This document shows, one piece after another, positions 10,540-19,024 of a stretch of 64,000 nt of DNA (position 1 is the first letter of the stretch; every line of letters begins with the position of its first letter). The DNA comes from an uncultured Gemmatimonadales bacterium. GTDB taxonomy: Bacteria; Gemmatimonadota; Gemmatimonadetes; Longimicrobiales; RSA9. A program made the position numbers and the translations under genes. Location of the stretch: positions 32,001 through 96,000 of the forward strand of contig CAVUKA010000002.1 of the NCBI GenBank assembly GCA_963741945.1. The letters run 5' to 3'. The notes beneath the pieces are model-generated. The model saw nothing but the letters and a program-made list of their open reading frames with translations, had not been told where the DNA came from and did not search any database.

Positions 10540-13500
10540 GTGGGGACGACCTGCAGCTTCGGATGCCGCTGATCGCGGGCGCGGACGATGCCGCGCCGAA
10601 GCCGCCGGACGACCAGCCGGCCCGGGACCGGATCCTCGCCGAGCTGGATGCCAACCTGCTCGTGGAAGCGGGGGCGGGGTCGGGGAAGACCACGTCCATG
10701 GTGGGGCGCATGGTGGCGCTGGTCGGCGCCGGCCGGGACGTGGAGCGCATGGCCGCGGTGACGTTCACCCGCAAGGCCGCGGCGGAGCTGCGGGAGCGGT
10801 TCCAGGAGAAGCTGGAGTGCGCGTTCCGGGACGCCCGGGCGGCGGGTGATGCCGAGGGCGCGGCGCGGTTCGGCGCCGCGCTGGACGCCCTCGACCGCTG
10901 CTTCCTGGGCACCATCCACGCGTTCTGCGCGCGACTGCTGCGGGAGCGGCCGCTGGAGGCCCGCGTGCCGCCCGAGTTCGAGGAGATCTCGGGACCGGAC
11001 GAGGATCGGCTGCGGGCGGAGAGCTGGACCCGCTTCCTGGAGCGGCTGGCCGCGCGCGACGGCTCGCGGCTGGTGCGCGCCATGGCCGACTACGGCCTGA
11101 CACCGGCCCGGCTCCACGGTGCGTTCCGGGAGCTGAGCGAGAACCCGGACGTCCACTACCCCGCCCCGGCGGCGCCGCGGCCGGGCGCCGCCGAGATCGC
11201 GGCAGTGCGTCGCGGGCTGGAGCGGCTGCACGACCGCTCGCTCGCGCTGCTTCCGGCGGCGGAGCACCCGGACGGCCGGGACGATCTGCAGAGGAAGATC
11301 CACACGCTCAAAGTGCGGCGCTTCGTCCTGGGCTGGGACTCCGACGTGGCGTTCATGGACGCATTGGAGCTCGCGGTACAGGGGTCGAACAGGATCGTCC
11401 AGAAGCGCTGGGCCGACGAGCGGGACGGGAAGGCCGCGGCCAGGGACCTCTCGGAGGGGTGGGAGGAGTTCTGCGACGAGGGCTCCGGCGCGAGCCGGCT
11501 GCTGCGCGCGTGGTGGGCGGCCCGCTACCCGGTGGTGATCCGCTTCGCCCGCGCGGCCGCGGGTGCGTACCAGCGGGACCGGCTGAGCGTGGGGCAGCTC
11601 ACGTTCCAGGACCTGCTGGTGCGCACCGCCGCACTGCTCCGCGAGCGCCCGTCGGCCAGGCGGGAGCTGGGCGAGCGATACCGGTGGCTGCTGGTGGACG
11701 AGTTCCAGGACACGGACCCGCTCCAGGCGGAGATCCTCTTCCTGCTGGCGTCGGAGCCGGCCGCGGCGGGCGACTGGCGCACGCTCGCGCCGCGGCCTGG
11801 CGCGCTCTTCGTGGTGGGCGACCCGAAGCAGAGCATCTACCGGTTCCGCCGGGCGGACATCAGCGTCTACAACCAGGTGAAGCGCGCGTTCGAGGGCTTC
11901 GGCGAAGTACTGGCGCTGACCACGAACTTCCGCTCCCGCCCACCCATCGGGGCGTTCGTGAACCCGGCGTTCCGGAACGTTTTCGCCCCGACTGCGACGG
12001 AGCACCAGGCTGCGTTCGCGGAGCTCAGGGTGCACCTCGGCGACACGCCCGCCCAGCGCGTGGCCTGCTACCGGTTCGAGCCCCGACCGGGCCGGGGGAA
12101 GCACAGCGGAAAACGGATCTCCGAGCCGGAGTCGGCGCTGCTGGCGTCCTGGATCCGGTCGCGCATCGAGACGGGCGAGCGCCGGCCGGCCGACTTCATG
12201 GTGCTGGCCATGCGGAAGGGTGAGCTGGCCGCCTACGCCCGGGCGCTGGAAGCGCACGGCGTCCCCGTGCAGGTAACGGGCGCCGGTGTCGGCGCCGACC
12301 ACGAGCTGAGCGAGCTCATCCTCCTGCTGCGCGCGCTGGCCGATCCGGGCGACCCGGTGCTCACGCTGGCGGTGCTGGAAGGGCTGTTCTTCGGTCTCTC
12401 CCACCAGCAGCTGCTGGACCACGCGCGGGCCGGCGGCCGGCTGTCGTTCGCCGGCGAGACGGGAAGCGGCCCCGTGGCGGACGCGCTCCGCACCCTGGGC
12501 CGCTTCTGGAACACCGCGCAGCGCCTCCCCGCCGACATCGCCATCGCCACACTGGTGGACGAGCTGGGCATCCTTCCCTGGGCCGCGGCCGGGGAGCTGG
12601 GCGCCACGCGGGCGGGCGCGGTGCTCTACGCGCTGGACGCCCTGCGGGTCGCCGCCGGGGATGGTGCGGCGTCGCTGGCCGAGGCCATCGAAGTACTGGA
12701 AGCGGCGCTGGCCGAGGAAGTGGACGCGCCGCTGGTCCCGGGCGAGACGGATGCCGTGCGGGTCATGAACCTGCACAAGGCCAAGGGACTGGAAGCGCCG
12801 GTGGTGGTGCTGGCCTATCCGGCGAAGCTGGAGCCACACCCGCCCACGCGGCACATCGCCCGGGATGCCGGGGGCCGGGCCGTGGGCTGGCTGCGCGTCC
12901 TGGATGCGACGCAGGCGGGGGCCCGCACCCTGGCCGCGCCGGCCGACTGGCAAGCGCACGAAGAAGCGGAAGCGCCGTATGCGGCGGCCGAGGCCGGGCG
13001 GCTCCTCTATGTCGCCGCCACCCGGGCGAAAGAGGAGCTGGTGGTGGGCCGCTGCACGAAGACCGAGGACGACGGCTGCTGGAGCGCGCTCCACGAGACG
13101 CTGGACGCACCCGGCGTGGCCACCGAGATCTCCCCCACCCTGCTGGACCCCGCGCCGCGCCAGCCGCTGGCGGAGTCACCGGCCACCCTCGAGCGTCGCA
13201 TGGCCGACGTGGCGGCAGCGCGGAGCGGCCTGGGCTCCCCCTCCTACCGGGCGAGGTCCATCACGGCCCGGGTGCACGGCGAGGGCGGCGGCGCAATCAC
13301 CCGGGATCTGCCGGAAGGCGGGCACGGGGACGCGGGCGGTCGGCCACGCCCCGACACCCGGCTGGTCCCGGTGACCGGCGACGCGCTCCGGGCGGCCGGC
13401 GCCATCCGGAGCGGCGGGGCGGCCGTGCGCACCCGTCCCGCGGACTGGGGGAGCGCGGTGCACCGTGCGCTGGAAGCGGCCGGCCGCGGGGCCGCGGGCG

Positions 13501-13901
13501 CGCGGCTGCGGCAGCTGTGTCGCCTGACGCTGGCGGAGTTCGACCGGCCGATGGACGCGGGCAGCGGTGAGCCGGTGGAGCTGGACGAGATCGTGGCGCT
13601 GGTCGAAGCGGTCCGCGCGTCGGCCGTGTGGGACGAAGTGCGGCGCGCCCGGCACGTGCTGGTGGAAGCGCACCTGGCGTTCGCCATGGATGCGGCGGAA
13701 GCGGCGCGGCTGGGCGTGGACTCCCCGGCGGAGCGGGAGCTGTTCGAGGGCACCATCGACCTGGCGTTCCAGGACGAGCGTGGCCGCTGGAACATCGTGG
13801 ACTTCAAGACCGACGCGGACATCCCCCCGGACCGCCGGCGGCTGTACGAGCGGCAGCTCGCGCTCTACGCCGAGGGGCTGGCGCGCGCCGACGGGGCCTG
13901 A
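10536..13901 (+). CDS. addA: AddA-like UvrD/SF1 helicase-nuclease
   Basis: Walker A AGAGSGKT; TFTRKAA; TIHAFC; VDEFQD; VGDPKQSIYRFRRAD; NFRS; MNLHKAKGLE; LYVAATRA; nuclease GTIDL..VDFKTD..QLALY. Confidence 0.92.
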   Translation: MSGDDLQLRMPLIAGADDAAPKPPDDQPARDRILAELDANLLVEAGAGSGKTTSMVGRMVALVGAGRDVERMAAVTFTRKAAAELRERFQEKLECAFRDARAAGDAEGAARFGAALDALDRCFLGTIHAFCARLLRERPLEARVPPEFEEISGPDEDRLRAESWTRFLERLAARDGSRLVRAMADYGLTPARLHGAFRELSENPDVHYPAPAAPRPGAAEIAAVRRGLERLHDRSLALLPAAEHPDGRDDLQRKIHTLKVRRFVLGWDSDVAFMDALELAVQGSNRIVQKRWADERDGKAAARDLSEGWEEFCDEGSGASRLLRAWWAARYPVVIRFARAAAGAYQRDRLSVGQLTFQDLLVRTAALLRERPSARRELGERYRWLLVDEFQDTDPLQAEILFLLASEPAAAGDWRTLAPRPGALFVVGDPKQSIYRFRRADISVYNQVKRAFEGFGEVLALTTNFRSRPPIGAFVNPAFRNVFAPTATEHQAAFAELRVHLGDTPAQRVACYRFEPRPGRGKHSGKRISEPESALLASWIRSRIETGERRPADFMVLAMRKGELAAYARALEAHGVPVQVTGAGVGADHELSELILLLRALADPGDPVLTLAVLEGLFFGLSHQQLLDHARAGGRLSFAGETGSGPVADALRTLGRFWNTAQRLPADIAIATLVDELGILPWAAAGELGATRAGAVLYALDALRVAAGDGAASLAEAIEVLEAALAEEVDAPLVPGETDAVRVMNLHKAKGLEAPVVVLAYPAKLEPHPPTRHIARDAGGRAVGWLRVLDATQAGARTLAAPADWQAHEEAEAPYAAAEAGRLLYVAATRAKEELVVGRCTKTEDDGCWSALHETLDAPGVATEISPTLLDPAPRQPLAESPATLERRMADVAAARSGLGSPSYRARSITARVHGEGGGAITRDLPEGGHGDAGGRPRPDTRLVPVTGDALRAAGAIRSGGAAVRTRPADWGSAVHRALEAAGRGAAGARLRQLCRLTLAEFDRPMDAGSGEPVELDEIVALVEAVRASAVWDEVRRARHVLVEAHLAFAMDAAEAARLGVDSPAERELFEGTIDLAFQDERGRWNIVDFKTDADIPPDRRRLYERQLALYAEGLARADGA

Positions 13902-13908
13902 TCGCCAG

Positions 13909-14000
13909 CGGCCGCGTCCGCTCGCCAGAGGGTCGGGCTACCGTCGGCCGTGCCCGCTCGCCAGAGGGGTGGGCTACGGTCGGCCGTGTCCGCTCGCCAG
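13909..14000. repeat. 36-bp imperfect tandem repeat (about 2.5 copies)
   Basis: cggccgcgtccgctcgccagagggtcgggctaccgt / cggccgtgcccgctcgccagaggggtgggctacggt / cggccgtgtccgctcgccag; adjacent copies with no spacers. Confidence 0.85.
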
Positions 14001-17000
14001 GATGGCGGGTCCGCGGGCGAAGCGGTCGAGGAGGGCGTCGATGTCGGCGGGGTCCAGTGATGGCGCGACGCGGGCGGCGTCGGCGGAGAGGGCCAGGCGG
14101 AGCTCGGCGGCCGAGAGCGGCTCGGCTTCGGCCATGTAGCCGTTCTCCCGCAGCCAGTCCCGCAGCTCTTCGGTCTTGGCTGCGTGGAAGCGCTCGACCT
14201 GCCGGTCCTCGAGGGCGGCGATGAGCGCGCGGGCGTCCCCGTCCACGCGCTCGCACAGGTCGCAGACCCGGTCGAACATGGTGTCCGAAACGGCGGGCGC
14301 GTCGGCCAGCGCGGCGCGGTCCACGGCCTGACCGCGGCCGCTTCGCCAGAGCTGGAGGAAGCGCTCGCACAGTGCGGCGGCGCTCGCCGCCCGCTCCAGT
14401 GCGGCCCGGAGCGCCGCGTCGGGCGCGGCGGTCACGCGGCCAACCCGCTCGAGCTGCCCCCATCGCGTGATCCCGCGCTTCAGCAGCCCGTGCAGCGCGT
14501 CGGGTTCATCCAGCAGGTACCACAGGTGCACGCCGCCGAGCCCGTCGGACCACGGATCGAGGCGGGGCACGGCGAGCGCGCGGCCGTACGCGTCGTAGTC
14601 GAGGCCATCGGGCGACGGCACGGCCTCTACCGGGTCGGCGGACCACTCGATCTCCGCCGCGATCGGGCCACGGAGCTGCCCGCGCTCCGGTCCCGCGCCA
14701 TCTCCTCCGCCGTCCAGCGACCGGACCCCCCAGTCCACGTCGGGCGCGGCGTCGAGCGCGCGCCGCCACCTGGCGAGCTCGTCCGCCTGGGCAGTGAAGT
14801 AGAAGATCTGGCGGCCGCGGCGGGCGAGGCCGATGGCGGCCTCGATGATGGCGTCGGCGCGCTGCTCGTCGGAGTTGGCGAGGACCTCGTCCAGGAGCAG
14901 CGGTAGTGCGGCGCCCGCCTCCTGCGTCTCCACGAACGCCACGCGCACGGCCAGGAGCAGCTGGAGCCGCGTCCCCGAGGACAGCTCGTCCAGGGCGTGG
15001 CCGCGGCCGGTGACCGTGTCCCGCGCCCGGAAAGAGCCGTCGTGGCCCAGGTCCAGCACGTACCGGTGCCGCGTGATGGTCTCCAGCAGGTCCCTCGCCC
15101 GCTCGAACACAGCCGGCCGGCCGTGGTCCGCCGCGCGCGCGCCGAGCCACTCCACCAGGGCGACGCCGACCTCGGCCTCCACGTCCGCGGCGCGCTGGTC
15201 CCGGAGCGCCGCCATCGCCGCGTCCACTCCGGCGAGCGCCTCTTCCACGTCGTGTTTCCGGCGCGCTTCGGCAAGGCGCGTCTCGATCTGCGTGATGCTC
15301 CGGGCCAGCGATGTGGCGCCCGCCATGGCCTCCTCCGCCCCTGCGAGCGCCTGCTCGAGTCCCGGGATCCCGCCGGGAGAGGCCGCTTCCACGGCCGCCC
15401 GAGCGGTGGACCCTTCGGGCGCAATGTCGTCCAGCGACCGCTCGAGCAGCGATCGACGCGTCCCGGCCTCGTCGGCCGCGCGTCTCGCCTCCCGGTAGTC
15501 CTCGACGAGCTCCGCCCTGGACCGGAGCTCGTGCTCCCGCTCCGGCGGCAGCCCGGCGGCGTCGAACACCCCGGCGCGCTCGGAGAGCCCGCTGGCCCGG
15601 TCCTGCTCGGCGCGCTCGCGGTCGCGGAGCGCGGCTTCCCGGGCGGCGACTGCGGCCGCGTGGCGCTCGCGCCGGCCCCGCAGGTCGCGGGCAAGGGCGG
15701 CCAGCGCGGCCACCGACTCCCTGGCCCGCCCGACGTCGTCCTCCGCGCAGTGGTCGGCGGCCAGGTCGGCGCCGGCCGCGAGGGCGGCGGAAAGCGCGGC
15801 CGCGTGCCCGGCGAGATCGGCTGCCCGGGCGACTTCGGCGCGCCGGGCCGCGCTCCACTCCCGCAGCCGGGTGGCGGTGACGTGGAGCGCCAGGTCATCC
15901 GTCGCGGGCGCCAGCCCGAGCGCGGTGGCAACCCGCTCCCGTTCGGACCGGAGCGCCGCCGCGTCCTCTTCGAGCTGCGGACGCATCGCTTCAAGACGGG
16001 CCGCCTCCTGCGCTCGCAGCTCGCCACTCTTCACTTCCGCCCGGACGGCGGCCAGCCGCCGGTCCAACCCGCGCAGCGCGCTCTCCACGGCGTCCGCCGT
16101 CCACGCCGTCGGCGCTTCGCCAGCCTGTGTCGCCCGACGCTCCAGCGGCGTGCGGTCGGCCGACGACGGGCGGGGCCGCAGGACCAGGACGAGCGCCGCG
16201 GCCACCAGCGCGGCGGCGCCCAGGAGCGGCACGCCCACGAGAAGTGCCGCGCCGCCCGCCAGCGCCAGCGCGCCGGCGGCGACCAGCACGAGCATCCGCA
16301 AGCGCGTTTCGGCAGTCCCGCCACCCTCACCCGTGCGCAGCCACTCACGCAGGGCGCTGGCGGCGTCCTCCAGGTCGGTGAGCCGATCCGCCTCGGGGCT
16401 CTCCGAAGGAGCGCCCAGGACGCGCAGCCGCTCCTCCAGCGCGCTCCGCCGCTCCTCGAGCCGCTGCGCGCGCTCGATCAGGCGCTGGAGCGCGTCGGCC
16501 TCGGCCGCGGCGGGATCGGGGAGCGGATCGGCCTCCCGTTCGATCCCCAGCCGGGCGCCCGCCAGCTCCCGCTCCGCGGCGGCTTCAGCCAGCGCTTCAC
16601 GATCACGGACGATCTCCCGCTCGGCGTCGCGGGCCTGCTGCACGTGCTCGTCCAGCTCGTCCAGTCGCTGGGCCGGGAGGCCGGCCTCCCCGAGCCCGAC
16701 GCGCTCCAGCTCCTCCACGGCGGCGGCCGCCTTCTCCCGGGCGGCGGCGAGTTCCCGCTCGGCCTGCTCGATGGCGGCATCGCAGGCGTCCAGGCGTGAA
16801 GGCTCCTGGCCGTCCAGGCGATCCATGCCGTCCGGGAATGCCGCCAACCGCAGTTCGGCGGAGGCCAGCGCCTCGGCGGCGCGGGCCACTTCCAGCGCGC
16901 GGCGAAGCGCCTCGGCTGCGCCACCGCGCTCCCGGGCCACCCCGTGCGCGGACCGCAGCCGCGCCAGCTCCGTCACGGCCGCGCGCAGCTCCGACTCCTT

Positions 17001-17519
17001 CGCCTGCGCCTCCCGCAGCCGCGCCTCCGCGGAGCGCAGGTTCTGCTGGAGCGAGCGCGGCGCCCCGGCCGACTCGATCTTCAGCGCCGCGGCCGCACCA
17101 GCCACGTCGTACCCGCCCGCGGACTCCACGCGGATGCGGTCGGCCAGGTCGCGGTCCTCCTGGTCCGCGGACAGGAGCCCGTGAAGCGACAGGAAGTAGC
17201 GGTCGCGGGTGTCCGCCGGCGGGAGCGCCGGCGCACCGGCCTCCACGGTGTCCCGCTGCCAGCGGACACGCGGCGCGTCCAGCTCCACCAGCCACGCCGC
17301 GCCCTCCAGCTCGAAAGCGGCATCCACGCCGGCCGAGTCCGGCGCGGCCGTGCTCCAGAGCGCCGCCTGGAGCGCCCGTGCCGCCGTGGTCTTCCCCGAT
17401 GCGTTGGCCCCGTGCACCAGCGTCACGCCCCCGGGCAGGTCCTCGAGCCGCAGCCCGCCCCGGGGGAAGCCGGGCATGCGACGCACCACCAGCCAGCGGA
17501 ACCGGAGCGCGTCGCTCAT
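13974..17519 (-). CDS. YhaN/SbcC/Rad50-like coiled-coil ATPase
   Basis: Walker A GANASGKTT; long coiled coil; signature LSSGT; Walker B LLLDE; start ATG 17519 overlaps the nuclease stop (ATGA). Confidence 0.9.
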   Translation of the reverse strand: MSDALRFRWLVVRRMPGFPRGGLRLEDLPGGVTLVHGANASGKTTAARALQAALWSTAAPDSAGVDAAFELEGAAWLVELDAPRVRWQRDTVEAGAPALPPADTRDRYFLSLHGLLSADQEDRDLADRIRVESAGGYDVAGAAAALKIESAGAPRSLQQNLRSAEARLREAQAKESELRAAVTELARLRSAHGVARERGGAAEALRRALEVARAAEALASAELRLAAFPDGMDRLDGQEPSRLDACDAAIEQAERELAAAREKAAAAVEELERVGLGEAGLPAQRLDELDEHVQQARDAEREIVRDREALAEAAAERELAGARLGIEREADPLPDPAAAEADALQRLIERAQRLEERRSALEERLRVLGAPSESPEADRLTDLEDAASALREWLRTGEGGGTAETRLRMLVLVAAGALALAGGAALLVGVPLLGAAALVAAALVLVLRPRPSSADRTPLERRATQAGEAPTAWTADAVESALRGLDRRLAAVRAEVKSGELRAQEAARLEAMRPQLEEDAAALRSERERVATALGLAPATDDLALHVTATRLREWSAARRAEVARAADLAGHAAALSAALAAGADLAADHCAEDDVGRARESVAALAALARDLRGRRERHAAAVAAREAALRDRERAEQDRASGLSERAGVFDAAGLPPEREHELRSRAELVEDYREARRAADEAGTRRSLLERSLDDIAPEGSTARAAVEAASPGGIPGLEQALAGAEEAMAGATSLARSITQIETRLAEARRKHDVEEALAGVDAAMAALRDQRAADVEAEVGVALVEWLGARAADHGRPAVFERARDLLETITRHRYVLDLGHDGSFRARDTVTGRGHALDELSSGTRLQLLLAVRVAFVETQEAGAALPLLLDEVLANSDEQRADAIIEAAIGLARRGRQIFYFTAQADELARWRRALDAAPDVDWGVRSLDGGGDGAGPERGQLRGPIAAEIEWSADPVEAVPSPDGLDYDAYGRALAVPRLDPWSDGLGGVHLWYLLDEPDALHGLLKRGITRWGQLERVGRVTAAPDAALRAALERAASAAALCERFLQLWRSGRGQAVDRAALADAPAVSDTMFDRVCDLCERVDGDARALIAALEDRQVERFHAAKTEELRDWLRENGYMAEAEPLSAAELRLALSADAARVAPSLDPADIDALLDRFARGPAILASGHGRP

Positions 17520-18811
17520 GCGACCTCCTTGCGCCGCACCAGCTCGTCCAGCAGCCGCGACGCCTGGCGACGCAACGCGTCCCGGGCTCCGTCCCGGCCC
17601 GCGCCTTCCGCTCCCCGGACCGCCGCGAAATGGGAGCGCGCCAGCACGCGGTCGGCGGCGGACCGGGCCCGGGCGGTGACTTCCTCGAGGAGCGGATCCG
17701 GCTCTCCCGCGTCGAGGGCCAGGAGGAGGCGGGCGAGGAGCGCCGGCGCGTCGCTGCCGCGGGAGAGGTCGTCGAGGTCGAGGGCGGGGGCGGTGTCGTC
17801 GTCGAGACGGGCGTCCACCACCAGGCGGACGCCCTCCCGCTCCGGCAGCTCGAGCTCCTCGAGGCGGCCGAGCGCGGACGCCACGCGGGCGTACAGCGCC
17901 GTCCGGCCCGTCAGCCGGACGCGGCAGGAGAGCAGCCCGAGCGGACCGCACCCTTCCTCCACCACCGCGGCCAGCCGGGAGCGGAGCGCGTCCACGACGC
18001 GGGCGCGCAGCATGGCCTCGTCGCCCGCATCGGTCACGTCCACGTCCACCACCTCGTAGCGCACGGGTGAGAGCGCGAGCGGGCGGAAGCGCGGCGGCAC
18101 GCCGGGGCCGATCTCCAGCATCCACGCGCCGTGACGCCCGCGCTCGCCGGGGTCCAGCGCCAGCAGGGAGCCCGGGTAGAGGAGCGGGACGCGGCCGGCG
18201 TCGCGCAGCCCGGGGACGTGGACGTGCCCCAGCACCCACGCCGCCGGCCCGGCGGACTCCAGCGCCGCCACGGACACCGGGGCGTAGCGAGCTTCCCGGC
18301 CATCCAGGTCGCAGTGCAGCAGCCCGACCACGGGCGCGCCGTCGGCCGGCGGCTCGAACGCGTAGCCGGCCAGCGGATCGTCGCCCCAGCGGGCCTCCGG
18401 GAACGACCACCCGTCCACGTGCAGCAGCGGGCGGCCCTCGGGGTCCGCGAGCGTGTGGCGACGCCATTGCCCGCCCCGCCCGAGCACCACCAGGTGCTCC
18501 TGGCCGACCTCCTCCGCCACGTCGTGGAGCGTGGCATGGTCGTGGTTTCCCGCGACCGCCACCAGCGCGATCCCCGCCTCCTTCAGGCGCCGGACGCCCG
18601 CCTCGAGCGGGCCGTACGCCTCGAAATAGCGGTTGTCCTGGTCCACGACATCGCCGGCGAGCAGCACCGCGTCGACGCCGTCCGCCACCGCTCGATCCAC
18701 CAGCTCGAGCCACGCGGCCGCGGCGGAGACCGGCGATGCGGATGCGGGCAGACGGCTCGGCCTCCGCCCCAGGTGGAGGTCGGCCGCGCACAGCAGCTTG
18801 ACGTCGGACAT
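17516..18811 (-). CDS. Mre11/SbcD/YhaO-like metallophosphoesterase DNA nuclease
   Basis: ADLHLG, AGDVVD, AGNHD, LLHCD, LGHVH and YPGS motifs. Confidence 0.92.
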   Translation of the reverse strand: MSDVKLLCAADLHLGRRPSRLPASASPVSAAAAWLELVDRAVADGVDAVLLAGDVVDQDNRYFEAYGPLEAGVRRLKEAGIALVAVAGNHDHATLHDVAEEVGQEHLVVLGRGGQWRRHTLADPEGRPLLHVDGWSFPEARWGDDPLAGYAFEPPADGAPVVGLLHCDLDGREARYAPVSVAALESAGPAAWVLGHVHVPGLRDAGRVPLLYPGSLLALDPGERGRHGAWMLEIGPGVPPRFRPLALSPVRYEVVDVDVTDAGDEAMLRARVVDALRSRLAAVVEEGCGPLGLLSCRVRLTGRTALYARVASALGRLEELELPEREGVRLVVDARLDDDTAPALDLDDLSRGSDAPALLARLLLALDAGEPDPLLEEVTARARSAADRVLARSHFAAVRGAEGAGRDGARDALRRQASRLLDELVRRKEVA

Positions 18812-19024
18812 GCGGGTGATGCTCGGTGATGCGGTGGCGAGGATACGGCCGCGTGTAGGGTAACACGGGGGTGGGACAGGGAACAGCCGCGGCCCGGGAG
18901 CGGCTACCGCTGAACGGGTGTTCCGTTACATTGGACCGTGTGCCGGGGTGTTCGCCGGCGCCGCCAATGGAGTGGCAGATTCTCCCCGCGCCGCTCCCCA
19001 GCATTTCCGTCGATGATCCGAATC

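Noticed and set aside
13909-14000. 36-bp repeats as a CRISPR array
   Set aside because: Copies are adjacent with no spacers, and there are no cas genes
17520-19004. 1676-aa version of the ATPase ORF
   Set aside because: The upstream part is Arg/Gly-rich off-frame overlap of the nuclease gene; the real start is 17519
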